From Bdellovibrionales bacterium (GTDB taxonomy: Bacteria; Bdellovibrionota; Bdellovibrionia; Bdellovibrionales; JAGQZY01): a stretch of DNA of 64,000 bases. The DNA lies in assembly GCA_031426555.1 (NCBI GenBank), contig JANPLN010000054.1:1-64000 (forward strand), written 5' to 3'. Of this stretch, positions 9,518-19,251 are shown in pieces. The position numbers and the translations under genes were made by a program. Position 1 is the first letter of the stretch. Each line of letters begins with the position of its first letter. The notes under the pieces are model-generated. The model was not told where the DNA came from and did not search any database. It saw nothing but the letters and a program-made list of their open reading frames with translations.

Positions 9518-10039
9518 CTACTTCATTAATAAACTGTTCACTGGCACAGAAAGTTTTTCTCTTCCTTGCAAAAATCCGATTTCGATAAAAAAACTAAAAC
9601 TTAAAACATCTGCCTGCATTTTTTGGCAGAGCTGAAACGTAGCCGCCGCAGTCCCACCCGTGGCCAGAACATCGTCCACAATGATCACTTTGTCTCCAAC
9701 ACTGATGTTTTGAGGAAGAGCTTCCAACTGATCGGTGCCGTACTCAAGAGCGTAAGACACAGAGATTGTGGGGCCAGGTAGTTTTCCTTTTTTGCGAACG
9801 AGTACTAAGCCGCAATCCAGGTGCTGTGCCATGGCGGCGCCGAGTACAAATCCACGCGCCTCAATGGCCACAATTTTGTCGACCTTCTGATTCAAGTAAG
9901 GTGCGCATAGATGTTGAATCAGACTTTTGAAAATACCTTTTTCAGCCAGCACAGGACTCATATCTAAAAATTGAATTCCTGGCTTTGGAAAATCAGGCAC
10001 CTGACGTATTTTTTTTTCAATCACTTCCACTGAATGCAT
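9518..10039 (-). CDS. apt: Adenine phosphoribosyltransferase
   Basis: PDFPKPGIQF, IEARGF, VRKKGKLPG, YALEYG and the PRPP motif IVDDVLATGGT. Start placed at ATG 10039 (the ORF is open to 10069). Confidence 0.97.
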   Translation of the reverse strand: MHSVEVIEKKIRQVPDFPKPGIQFLDMSPVLAEKGIFKSLIQHLCAPYLNQKVDKIVAIEARGFVLGAAMAQHLDCGLVLVRKKGKLPGPTISVSYALEYGTDQLEALPQNISVGDKVIIVDDVLATGGTAAATFQLCQKMQADVLSFSFFIEIGFLQGREKLSVPVNSLLMK

Positions 10040-10049
10040 CTCATCCTTT

Positions 10050-11279
10050 TTATGCATCTTTTGCTTCATTCGCCGAAAAATCGTAGTCTTTAAACATTTC
10101 TATACTGCCGGTGATCTCGGCCGACATACCACCATCGGTATTTTCTAAGAAGTCGGGCCAAAGCTCGGCTTTGGCAGCCGTTCGCTGATTCATACTGCGC
10201 TCGATTTCAAGCGCCAAAACAAAATTGCTTGCCAGCAGGTTAATAAAGTTTCTTTCAGACAAAACCAAAAAAGTACAATCCGTTTCAGTCACCACAGACG
10301 CTGTACGCACCTGCTTGTTCAGCACTCCCACTTCGCCAAAATAGCTGCCAACCCCTAGGCTTGCCTCAGGCAAGCGATCTTTCACAATTTGCACAGCTCC
10401 CGAAAGAATAAAGAAAAAATCTTTACCCTTTTCTCCCTGCTGCAAAATAGTTTTGTGCGCTGGTTTTTTTTCAACGCGGCACGAACCCAACAACATCTGC
10501 AGCACATCACCAGGAAAACTGCGAAAAATAGGATGGGATTTCATCAACTGGCTAAACACCAGCCGAACACGAAGGTTTTTGTTCAGATCAGCACCGTCTG
10601 CGGGCTCGATAATCTTTTTTAAGTTCACTGCCAGAATATGGCTCTCGCTCATAGCAACCACATCGGCTGTTCGTTTTTTCTGATTCACCGCTGCGCTCTC
10701 GCCAAAAACACTAAAAACAGGAAGATTGGCGATAAGCTCGCCTTTATTGAAATCAGTGTACACACCAACGCTACCGCCCAAAACCACATAGGAGTCTTCG
10801 CCGATGGAGTCCTTTTGGATAATGACTTCTCCAGCCTTGTATACTTTTTGCGAGGACGCAGAGATGATAGATTGCACAAGCGTCGGGGGAAGATTTGCAA
10901 ATAAACTGACCTTGCGCAAATGCAGGTTCAGCTCTTCCTGACTTAAGATTTTATCAAATACCGGTGCCTTGGCGGTTTCTTTTTTATTGTGAATGGCGTC
11001 GTGGATTTCGACGGAGTTCTTAAACACGCCCGCGGCGGACCAGTTTTCTACGAGCAAATAGAGCTCCGTAAAACTAAAGTCTTTGAAACGGTCATAGATA
11101 AACATGCAAATTTCTTTGATGGAGTAAGACCCTTTACTCAGTTCTAAAAACTGTTGATGAATTGGCTTTAAGTTTAATTGCTGAATGGATCGGTCATCAA
11201 AGATGTAGAGGTTGTGAATACCTTCTTTTTTGAACTTACCGGGCTTAATACTTGGTTGTAAATTTTCGAGTCGTCCCAT
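10050..11279 (-). CDS. Tandem cyclic-nucleotide-binding domain protein
   Basis: Two cNMP cassettes: FGESA...RTADV and FGEVG...RTASV. Confidence 0.9.
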   Translation of the reverse strand: MGRLENLQPSIKPGKFKKEGIHNLYIFDDRSIQQLNLKPIHQQFLELSKGSYSIKEICMFIYDRFKDFSFTELYLLVENWSAAGVFKNSVEIHDAIHNKKETAKAPVFDKILSQEELNLHLRKVSLFANLPPTLVQSIISASSQKVYKAGEVIIQKDSIGEDSYVVLGGSVGVYTDFNKGELIANLPVFSVFGESAAVNQKKRTADVVAMSESHILAVNLKKIIEPADGADLNKNLRVRLVFSQLMKSHPIFRSFPGDVLQMLLGSCRVEKKPAHKTILQQGEKGKDFFFILSGAVQIVKDRLPEASLGVGSYFGEVGVLNKQVRTASVVTETDCTFLVLSERNFINLLASNFVLALEIERSMNQRTAAKAELWPDFLENTDGGMSAEITGSIEMFKDYDFSANEAKDA

Positions 11280-11298
11280 GAATCTTATTGTTCATGAA

Positions 11299-11676
11299 TC
11301 ACTTATCGGTGTCCAATACTTTATAGCCCAGCCGAACGGCCTTTTTGACGTCTTTGCGATAAATAAAATAAACATTCATCATCCCCGTGGGCGAGCCACA
11401 GGACTGCAAGCGCATCAAGCCATCGTGGCGCTTCTCGGTGCGCAGAATCTGCATGCCTTCCAGCTCCTGGGCCATCTGAGTGATGGACATGCCTATATTG
11501 TACCCACACTGGAGACTTTGATCCGACTTACCAATAACGATAATTTCGTTGGCGAGCTCTTTCTCTGAGATGGTTTTCGCCTCTTCATCTGCCACAACGG
11601 GTGTCCCGTCTCTTTTGCACTGACCCGAAGCGCAGCCCACCAGTAAAAAAAGGAAGACGAAGCCAGTTAACTTCAT
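11299..11676 (-). CDS. Small Cys-containing lipoprotein
   Basis: Lipobox LVGC, then 'LQCG' and 'QSCGSPTG'. Confidence 0.7.
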   Translation of the reverse strand: MKLTGFVFLFLLVGCASGQCKRDGTPVVADEEAKTISEKELANEIIVIGKSDQSLQCGYNIGMSITQMAQELEGMQILRTEKRHDGLMRLQSCGSPTGMMNVYFIYRKDVKKAVRLGYKVLDTDK

Positions 11677-12803
11677 CGGGAGTTACTGACGATTTTGAGT
11701 TTGTAGATATTTGCCTGATTAGATACGATGTAAACCTCTGCAGAGCTCAACACCAGGGTCGGCATAATGCTAGCACCACGACCAGTGTGAAACTGATCCA
11801 CCCATTCTCCCGTTTCGCGATCCATCAACACAATTGGCCCTTCGCTCAGCGCAAAAACCAGCCAGCTCTTGTAGGCACTGACTCCGCTGACCATGCCCCA
11901 TTTTTTGTCTTGATCAAACCGCTTGATAAGCTTTCCAGATTTCAAATCAACCTTCAAAATCGAATTCTCGGTGGAGTAGTAAACCGACTCTCCAACAATC
12001 GCCGATGGGTGGGCTGATCCACCCTCATCCAATCGCCAAAGAACCGTGCCATTGGCTTTATCGAGGCAAAACAGGGCCTCGCCGACATTGGAGACTAAAA
12101 CACAGCGCTCTGAAAGCGTTGGTCTGGCATCCACGTCGTTGAATTTGCGCGAATCGCCAAGTTGTTTTTCCCAGGCCACGCCGCCGTCCACCGCCGTGTA
12201 AGCCACAAAGTAGCCGTCGCTGTAGCCAACGCCAATTTTACCATCAAAAAATATCGGCGATGTAGTTCCGCGCACAGTGAGTGCATCTTTCGGCGTTCGA
12301 GATTTTACCCACAACACTCGCCCGGTTTCTTTTTCCAGACAGTAAAGCGAGCCATTGCCCGCCATGTGGTAAACATATTCCCCTTGGATCAGAGGAGCTG
12401 ACACGGCTTCCGCTCCGATTAAAAAACTCCAAACAGTCGCGCCTGTTGAAGCATCAACGTGATAAAAATGACCATTGTTCGTGCCAAAATAAAGCCCGGT
12501 TTTCCCATCCACAGCGAGACCTTCAGTTCCGTCTTTAAAATTCATTCGCCATTTTTGATGTCCCATTTTTTGATCAAAGGCGACAATGCCGTCCACAGAA
12601 TTTCCCGAAAAAATCATATTTTTTGACAGAATAGGGCTAATGATTGCCGGATGCTGATAGCCATAATAGCTATCTTTGACTGTGGCTCGGGACCATGATC
12701 TTTCAAACGACACTGGTTTCCATCGAGAAATTTTTGCAGATGAGGTGTTTGCGCACGCAGGGAGAAGAACCAGCAGTGATAAAGTAGCTAACAGTTTTAG
12801 CAA
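11673..12803 (-). CDS. bamB: PQQ-like beta-propeller lipoprotein (BamB-like)
   Basis: Lipobox LPAC, repeated 'A/CLD..TG..LW' propeller blades, directly downstream of a YfgM-like gene. Confidence 0.7.
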   Translation of the reverse strand: MLKLLATLSLLVLLPACANTSSAKISRWKPVSFERSWSRATVKDSYYGYQHPAIISPILSKNMIFSGNSVDGIVAFDQKMGHQKWRMNFKDGTEGLAVDGKTGLYFGTNNGHFYHVDASTGATVWSFLIGAEAVSAPLIQGEYVYHMAGNGSLYCLEKETGRVLWVKSRTPKDALTVRGTTSPIFFDGKIGVGYSDGYFVAYTAVDGGVAWEKQLGDSRKFNDVDARPTLSERCVLVSNVGEALFCLDKANGTVLWRLDEGGSAHPSAIVGESVYYSTENSILKVDLKSGKLIKRFDQDKKWGMVSGVSAYKSWLVFALSEGPIVLMDRETGEWVDQFHTGRGASIMPTLVLSSAEVYIVSNQANIYKLKIVSNSR

Positions 12804-12808
12804 AAATC

Positions 12809-13582
12809 CTACCCGTTCTTAGCTGGAGTTGTAGCTCCCGCCGCTGCCGATTTTGATTTTAAATACTTCAGATGGAGAAGAAACTTTTTAGCGGTGCGCC
12901 CAGAGAACGACGTGGGTTCCTTGGTCACAACGTCCTGATAAAGGGTTTCTGCTTTATCGAGCTGCGATTGCTTTTCGTAACAAACTCCAGCCTTGAGACG
13001 CAGGTTGGCCGCCATGAAAACGTGGTTTTTATCGGCGATCACTTTTTCCCAAGCTTGGGCGGCGTCCAGGCACTTGTCGGTTTTTGCATAGAGATTCCCA
13101 AGTTCCGTCTGAGCGACACCAAACAAAAATAATTTGGATTCCATATTTTTAAGGGATGTTGCAAGTGATTCAATGGCCATCTCGGGCTTATTGTATTCTT
13201 GAGTGAGCTCTGCCACAAGCAAAGCGGCTTCAACGGCCGACTGTGAACCCTGGTTTGCAGTGACATAGCTTTGTAGTTTCTGAATCACAGGAGCATAGGC
13301 TTTCTCTAACACTTCAGGACTCTGCTTTTGCTTATCCAAAACTGGGGGAGTTTTGCTCTCTTTTTTTGGATCTTCTTTTGGCTCTAGGGACTCTGCAATT
13401 TTTTGCAACTCTTGACGAATCACAAACAGGCCGTCCTGAGCTTTGCTTGATTTTTTGTGGTCGAGACTGGCTTTGTAATTCAGACCAACACTGGCCACCA
13501 CGGCAAAAACGGCAAGCCCCACAGCCGGCCAAAACGCTTTCTGAACCCAATACGTTAATTTTTCTACGATGTCTTCACTCAT
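12809..13582 (-). CDS. Membrane-anchored TPR protein (YfgM-like)
   Basis: N-terminal TM helix, TPR-like helices, synteny with the bamB-like gene. Confidence 0.7.
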   Translation of the reverse strand: MSEDIVEKLTYWVQKAFWPAVGLAVFAVVASVGLNYKASLDHKKSSKAQDGLFVIRQELQKIAESLEPKEDPKKESKTPPVLDKQKQSPEVLEKAYAPVIQKLQSYVTANQGSQSAVEAALLVAELTQEYNKPEMAIESLATSLKNMESKLFLFGVAQTELGNLYAKTDKCLDAAQAWEKVIADKNHVFMAANLRLKAGVCYEKQSQLDKAETLYQDVVTKEPTSFSGRTAKKFLLHLKYLKSKSAAAGATTPAKNG

Positions 13583-13603
13583 GGCTTCGCTCCCTTATGT
13601 TTT

Positions 13604-14716
13604 TTAGCGCTGATAAACTTCTTTTAACGTTGTAAACGGACGGTACGATTTCCCTTGGTGTTTCGTTTTTAACCGACCGATTCTTTCCACCCGAGCTTTT
13701 GCATGGCTAATTGCCGCCTCGTTCGTTGGAATGTTTTCTTTTTTCGCCATTTCAAAAATTTCCAACATGCTGTCGTAGATGCGCGTGGTTTTTTCTAGAG
13801 CACGATCCACCGAGTAACCTTCAAGTTCAACAAACACGTTCATTAAACCACCCGCATTGGCCACAAAGTCTGGGGCATACAAAATACCCATTTCTTTAAG
13901 AGCCGTGCCGTGGCGTTGCTCAAGCAGTTGATTGTTGGCCCCACCAGCGACAATCTTGCAGCGCAATTGCTCCAGCGTTTGATCGTTGATCACCGCACCC
14001 ATCGCACACGGAGCAAAAACTTCGCACTCGGTTTTTACGATATCATCGGGGGATGTTGATTTTGCGCCGTACTGTTCGGCTAATTTTTTGGTTTTAATTT
14101 CGTCGATATCTGTGATGGTGAGCTCCACGCCCTCTTCCTTCAGATACTTCACAAGGTTTGAGCCAACGTTTCCGAGGCCTTGCACGGCCACGCGAACTCC
14201 GCGCAACACATCGGTTCCCAATTTTTCTTTGCAACTGGCTTTAATGGCCATAAGAACACCATGCGCTGTGTAAGGAGATGGATCTCCAGACCCACCCAAG
14301 CTTTTGGGAATTCCTGTGACCCAGGGAGTTTCCATGTAAATATATTCGATGTCTTTGACTGTGGTGCCCACATCTTCAGCAGTTATGTATCGGCCATTGA
14401 GGGAGTTAACAAATTGACCAAAGGCTCTAAACAATCCCTCGGTCTTATCAGTTTTAGGATTGCCGATGATGACAGCTTTACCCCCACCCAGATTAAGACC
14501 GGCGGCGGCTGCCTTGTAGGTCATGCCTTCGGAAAGTCTTAAAACATCAATGAGGGCTTCTTCTTCGGTCTTGTAGGTCCACATGCGTGTTCCGCCCAGA
14601 GCCGGTCCAAGAGCCGTGTTGTGAATCGCGATGATCGCTTTCAAACCGATTTCTCGGTCGTGACAAAAAACAACTTGTTCGTGATTACCGTGCTTACCAA
14701 TTGCTTCAAAGACCAT
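13604..14716 (-). CDS. Leu/Phe/Val dehydrogenase
   Basis: GPALGGTR, GMTYK, GGGK, TAEDVG, QGLGNVG and GGANNQL motifs. Confidence 0.93.
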   Translation of the reverse strand: MVFEAIGKHGNHEQVVFCHDREIGLKAIIAIHNTALGPALGGTRMWTYKTEEEALIDVLRLSEGMTYKAAAAGLNLGGGKAVIIGNPKTDKTEGLFRAFGQFVNSLNGRYITAEDVGTTVKDIEYIYMETPWVTGIPKSLGGSGDPSPYTAHGVLMAIKASCKEKLGTDVLRGVRVAVQGLGNVGSNLVKYLKEEGVELTITDIDEIKTKKLAEQYGAKSTSPDDIVKTECEVFAPCAMGAVINDQTLEQLRCKIVAGGANNQLLEQRHGTALKEMGILYAPDFVANAGGLMNVFVELEGYSVDRALEKTTRIYDSMLEIFEMAKKENIPTNEAAISHAKARVERIGRLKTKHQGKSYRPFTTLKEVYQR

Positions 14717-14800
14717 AATGCACCTCGTTTAAATCCACCGGCAGACATTTAATTAATACCGTCCGAGAATAATAAAACATTACGAGTGAATGCAAGTGAA

Positions 14801-14825
14801 TATTGCGCTCATTAGTTGCGCAATA
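14801..14825. promoter_or_regulatory. Inverted repeat (terminator or operator) between helicase and dehydrogenase
   Basis: TATTGCGC-N9-GCGCAATA. Confidence 0.35.
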
Positions 14826-14844
14826 CATGACCTATGAGTTTTTG

Positions 14845-16566
14845 TTATCGACGAAAGCGCGGCTTGCGAGCACCGCCGCTGCCACCGTCACTGCGACTGT
14901 CACTGCGCTCACTACTGCGTGCATCGCCGCGGTCACCACCACGGTCGTCGCGACTGCTGCTGCGACGGGCACTGCGTTCTTCGCCACCGCCACCTTCGGC
15001 GCGACGCTCAGGGCGCTCAGCGCTGCGGTCGCTACTGCCTTCGGAACGTCGTTCGCTGCTGCGACCACCGCCGCGATAACCACCGCCGCCACCTTCGGAA
15101 CGTCTTTCCGTGCGTTCACCACCACCGCGTCGTCCGCCACCGCGATAACCACCGCGTCCGCCGCCACCTTCGCGATTGGCGTAGGATTCTTTTTGCGGTT
15201 CCTGAATCGCATTATGTCGAAAGAAATCTGGAAAGTGCATGCTGGCAAACATCCCGATGAGAGTTTCGCTTCCTAAACCTTGAACCCACTCAGGCAATTC
15301 CAACTTTTCGCCATAAGCCTTGAGTCTTTCAGCCAAACGTTCGTTGGTGAGCATTTTTTCGAAATTTGAAAACAAATTATTTAACATGCTGGTTTGGATC
15401 TCCTCGATGGAAGGAGGAACCATTTTTAAAATTTCCTGACGCGTCACTTTTTCGATTCGTCGCAACTGGCTCATCTGGGCTGGAGCCACAAGGCTCACAG
15501 CCAGACCCTTTTGACCATTTCGTCCTGTGCGACCGATGCGGTGAATGTAAATTTCTACGTCCCAAGGCAATGACCAATTGATTACGTGAGTGAGATCTTT
15601 CACGTCGATCCCGCGAGCGGCAACATCTGTCGCCGTTACGATTTGTACATGACGCTTGCGGAACTGTTCTAAAATTCGCTCGCGCTCATTTTGTGATTTG
15701 TCGCCGTGCATGGCTTCGGTCCGAAAGCCCATTTTATTTAAATAGCCAGCGAGGTCATCAGCTTCGCCGCGAGTTTGAGTGAAGATGAGTCCGTAAAAAT
15801 CATTATGTTTCATTAATATGCGTTTAAGAACTTCGAGTTTGTCTTTGCCGTTTGCCAAAATAAAAGATTGTTCGATGTCGGTGGTGACTTGTTTGCCCGT
15901 TGTCTTTTTTACGACGAGAGGATTTTTTAAATATTTATCGGTGATTCGTTGAATTTCAGTGCTCATGGTTGCCGAGAACAACCAAATATTTTTTTCGCTC
16001 TCTTCGCGCTGGGCTTGCATCTTTTTTAAGATCACATTGAGAGCTTCTTGAAATCCCATAGATAACATTTCATCAGCTTCATCGAGAACTAAATTTCTAA
16101 TATGTTCTAAGCTAACTAGGCCTTGCTCCATCAAGTCGATCAGACGACCGGGAGTTGCGACCACGATCTGTGCGCCGCTTTTTAAAGCGCGAATTTGCGT
16201 TTGGTAGCTTGAGCCACCGTAAATCAACGCCACTTTGATGCGACGAAATTGTCCCATTTTTTCGATCTGACCAGCCACCTGCTGCGCCAATTCGCGAGTG
16301 GGGCATAAAACGAGAGCTTGTGGTTTTTTAATTCCGTCTTCGAGTCTTTCGATCAGCGGGATCGCAAAGGCACCGGTTTTTCCAGTTCCTGTGGACGCCA
16401 TGCCGATGAAGTCTCGGTTCTCTTTTAATAATTCAGGGATGGTGGCTTTTTGAATATCTGTGGGTTCTTTAAACCCCATACTCGTCAGGTGATCTGCAAA
16501 TGCAGCTTGAATCCCTAGATTCAAAAAAGACGATGATTCAACAACAGGTTCCACAACAGATTCCAC
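14845..16566 (-). CDS. DEAD-box RNA helicase (DeaD/CshA-like) with RGG-rich tail
   Basis: GTGKT, PTRELA, TPGR, DEAD, SAT, ARGID and HRIGRTGR motifs; GTG start. Confidence 0.95.
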   Translation of the reverse strand: MESVVEPVVESSSFLNLGIQAAFADHLTSMGFKEPTDIQKATIPELLKENRDFIGMASTGTGKTGAFAIPLIERLEDGIKKPQALVLCPTRELAQQVAGQIEKMGQFRRIKVALIYGGSSYQTQIRALKSGAQIVVATPGRLIDLMEQGLVSLEHIRNLVLDEADEMLSMGFQEALNVILKKMQAQREESEKNIWLFSATMSTEIQRITDKYLKNPLVVKKTTGKQVTTDIEQSFILANGKDKLEVLKRILMKHNDFYGLIFTQTRGEADDLAGYLNKMGFRTEAMHGDKSQNERERILEQFRKRHVQIVTATDVAARGIDVKDLTHVINWSLPWDVEIYIHRIGRTGRNGQKGLAVSLVAPAQMSQLRRIEKVTRQEILKMVPPSIEEIQTSMLNNLFSNFEKMLTNERLAERLKAYGEKLELPEWVQGLGSETLIGMFASMHFPDFFRHNAIQEPQKESYANREGGGGRGGYRGGGRRGGGERTERRSEGGGGGYRGGGRSSERRSEGSSDRSAERPERRAEGGGGEERSARRSSSRDDRGGDRGDARSSERSDSRSDGGSGGARKPRFRR

Positions 16567-16724
16567 GATAACTCTCTTTCCGCCAACACAACGCAGGGCG
16601 ATTTAATGAAAAAGAGTTATAGCACAAATTTACAGGTCAAAGGAAATTTGCTAAAAAATTGTAAAAGCGACAAAACCGCCGCTTTCTTAGACACTTATGA
16701 ATTCTACGTCTGAGTTTAAAACTA

Positions 16725-17027
16725 TTATTGTTTCAAGGATTTATCGTTCAATTCTATGGCGGTGGGCTCGGAATCGTCCACGCCATAACCGGCATTGTCC
16801 TGAATGGCATTGATGTGACGGCCTTTGGCTTCAACCTGGGGTTCAACAACCTTCCGTTTTGCAGCGTGATCCTCGTCCGACGACTTTACAGCTCCTTGTA
16901 AGGCATCGTAAACCTCGCCGTAATCGTCCTTTTTGAAAGAGAAATTTTGGAAGACGACCGCCATAAAAAAGAACGTCAGCATTGCCATAAAGGCTATAAA
17001 CAATTTTTTCGAAGAAAGACCAGCCAT
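16725..17027 (-). CDS. Hypothetical single-TM protein
   Basis: GGGGG RBS; N-terminal TM ending 'FQNFS'. Confidence 0.65.
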   Translation of the reverse strand: MAGLSSKKLFIAFMAMLTFFFMAVVFQNFSFKKDDYGEVYDALQGAVKSSDEDHAAKRKVVEPQVEAKGRHINAIQDNAGYGVDDSEPTAIELNDKSLKQ

Positions 17028-17053
17028 AACACCCCCTAGGCTTACTTAATATC

Positions 17054-17131
17054 GTATCGCAAGAGTCTGGCTCGTACGAGCCCAAGCCTACCCCTGTCTC
17101 GGGGTGAGGCGTTTTTGTCTCGCTTCGATAC
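17054..17131. repeat. Multi-hairpin palindromic intergenic element
   Basis: Outer GTATCG/CGATAC; perfect palindrome GGCTCGTACGAGCC (17069-17082); stem GCCTACCCC/GGGGTGAGGC. Confidence 0.6.
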
Positions 17132-17134
17132 AAT

Positions 17135-18262
17135 TTACTGGCTAACACCCGTTCCGCTCGTTGGAAGTTGAGCTTGCCCGCGGCAGTCGGCATTGGCACA
17201 ACAGGCGCGCGCGAAATCAGCCAGCGCCACCAATCCCTGAGTCATGTCGTACATGCGGTTTGCTGCATCCGCAGAAGGAGGTAATAAACCGCCAGCTTCC
17301 GGCGTGTTCACAATACTATAAAGACTGGTCAGCAAATTTCCCTCGCGCAAAGAATCATGTTCTGAATTGGCGCGAGTGTGACCATTAAAAAGGTAAGTCT
17401 TGCCGGCGTTGGCCCCGGGCATGGAACTGTCCATGCCCATCGGCATGTAGGCGAGTCGACCAATTTCACCCATTTTCATCGGCAGGATGGGATCTGAGTG
17501 AACTCGATGAATGGAAACGCGCGCCAAACCGGCTTTAGAATCATAAGACGCCGCAATCCTCAACGGCTGTGCTGGGTCCCCATCGAAGGGAAAATCAAAA
17601 CCCGCTCTTCCTTCGGGGGAACACGTCATTCTGTACTGCTCGCGCATAAATATACCAGCGTTGATTAAGACAGACCCACCCTCTGCGCCATACCTTTCGA
17701 GAAGGTTTGAATTTTCCCATTCCTCGGCAGACATGGAAGCCATCATCGCCGTCCAATAGCTTGTGGCATTTGGATCGATGCCCGTACTTGCTGGGATTTG
17801 GTCTATGGTCGTTGGTTGAGCGTGGGCCGTGGAGATAAATGGATTCATGGGTACGAGTTGCGCCGTTCTGCTAAAGCGCGGAAATTTTTTGCCAAACCAT
17901 TTTTCTAAATTCATTTGTTTAGGCTTTGTAATGTCGTAGCCGTTCCAGGTGAAAATCAATTGGTCGGCTTTGGCGCTGACTCTCAGAACAGAGGGTTTTT
18001 TACTTTTATTTTTTTCGAACACCATCAACGATGTTCCCGAAACAATCACTTGTGGCATTATTTCTTTTGCAAATTTAGAAAAATGGGTTCGGCGAAAACG
18101 TTTGTTCTTAGGAGAACTTTTTTCGATCCATTCGCCAATGGTTTTTGCCGATCGAAGCTCGGCGCCCATGGCTTGCACCACTTTTTCAGGAGTCGGAGTT
18201 TTTGCTTGGGCCAGAGCTGGGCTCACTGATAAAAGAGAACACACTAAAAGCCTCAAAAACAT
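17135..18262 (-). CDS. Hypothetical secreted protein
   Basis: Signal peptide (SPALA), GAGG RBS, Cys cluster at the C-terminus. Confidence 0.75.
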   Translation of the reverse strand: MFLRLLVCSLLSVSPALAQAKTPTPEKVVQAMGAELRSAKTIGEWIEKSSPKNKRFRRTHFSKFAKEIMPQVIVSGTSLMVFEKNKSKKPSVLRVSAKADQLIFTWNGYDITKPKQMNLEKWFGKKFPRFSRTAQLVPMNPFISTAHAQPTTIDQIPASTGIDPNATSYWTAMMASMSAEEWENSNLLERYGAEGGSVLINAGIFMREQYRMTCSPEGRAGFDFPFDGDPAQPLRIAASYDSKAGLARVSIHRVHSDPILPMKMGEIGRLAYMPMGMDSSMPGANAGKTYLFNGHTRANSEHDSLREGNLLTSLYSIVNTPEAGGLLPPSADAANRMYDMTQGLVALADFARACCANADCRGQAQLPTSGTGVSQ

Positions 18263-18293
18263 AAAAACCTCACGCTAAAAAATGTTAACTTAC

Positions 18294-19247
18294 CTAATAG
18301 AATTCTACTAAATCATTTTCATGAAAGCCTGAGCCTGAGTGAACCTGCGCCACGGCTCCATCGTTGCCAAAGTAACTCACCACTTCCACGGTTCCCTTCA
18401 TGCGACCGCGCACGCTGCCGATGGAGCGGCTGGTCTCGGGATCAAAAACCTCTTCTTGCTCTTCAACGATGCGCAACAGGTCACCAATTTGCAATCCCGA
18501 CACTCGGCCCGCATTCAGGTAAACCCGTTCCCCTTTAACCAGGGCCACGCGGCCTTCCCATGAAAAGCGTTTCAAGGTGGCAAACAAAGCTGGGAGAGTT
18601 TTTTCGAAAGCAGTTTCCACCACAAAACGCACGGCCGTGGGATCGTCTTTCATGTCTTGATCCATGTACGCTCGTTGCGCAATTTTTGTGCTACCTTCGC
18701 TCATGTCGGCGTCTTGCGTGTCGGTTTCCATCACTTGTCCGCTGCGCACCGAAATAATTTTCAATTCCGCAACGGCGCGAATTTCCGCTTTCACCCGACG
18801 AAAGATTCCTACCGAGTCGCCGCGCTTTCCGGTTTTTAAATCTTTCACTGTGCCCAATACAATGGCGTGCACGCCTGAGTTTTTAATTTTTTTTACGATT
18901 TCTGTCATGTTGTAGGACGCGCCGGTTTTATATTTTTCGATGTTCTCTATCCCCACGGCGCTGGGCTCAATCATCACCGCTAAGTCCATTTTTTCGACTT
19001 GGGAAACAAAAAACGTACGTGCCTCTGTCACCAATTCTTCGTGGTTGTAGGAGCTGATATTTAAAAACGGCAGAATCAAAATGCGTCGGCGCATTTCCCC
19101 GTCCATATTTCGCGCATTAAACATCGCATCCGCGTTGTGCTTAATTTCGGGCTGTGAACGATCTTTAACATGAATTACAGAACAGCCGGCCGTTGTTAAA
19201 CCTACCGCTAAACTCATCAGTAAAAAACAGAATATGATTTTTATCAT
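18294..19247 (-). CDS. Lipoprotein with CsgG/FlgT-like middle and FlgT C-terminal-like domain
   Basis: Lipobox TAGC, 'ILILPFLN', and 'GRVALVKGERVYLNAGRVSGLQIGD' resembling FlgT_C. Start at ATG 19247 (the ORF is open to 19283). Confidence 0.6.
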   Translation of the reverse strand: MIKIIFCFLLMSLAVGLTTAGCSVIHVKDRSQPEIKHNADAMFNARNMDGEMRRRILILPFLNISSYNHEELVTEARTFFVSQVEKMDLAVMIEPSAVGIENIEKYKTGASYNMTEIVKKIKNSGVHAIVLGTVKDLKTGKRGDSVGIFRRVKAEIRAVAELKIISVRSGQVMETDTQDADMSEGSTKIAQRAYMDQDMKDDPTAVRFVVETAFEKTLPALFATLKRFSWEGRVALVKGERVYLNAGRVSGLQIGDLLRIVEEQEEVFDPETSRSIGSVRGRMKGTVEVVSYFGNDGAVAQVHSGSGFHENDLVEFY

Positions 19248-19251
19248 GCTT

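Noticed and set aside
10050..11279. cGMP specificity inferred from the RTA motifs
   Set aside because: Ser/Thr at this position also occurs in cAMP receptors such as CRP, so it is not diagnostic.
11303..11325. ACCGATAA upstream of the cNMP gene as a sigma28 -10
   Set aside because: It lies in the last codons of the upstream gene, and the nearest TAAAG is only 8 nt away, which is the wrong spacing.
14803..15276. Several Ala/Thr/Val-rich ORFs overlapping the helicase tail
   Set aside because: They are shadow frames of the GC-rich RGG low-complexity C-terminus.
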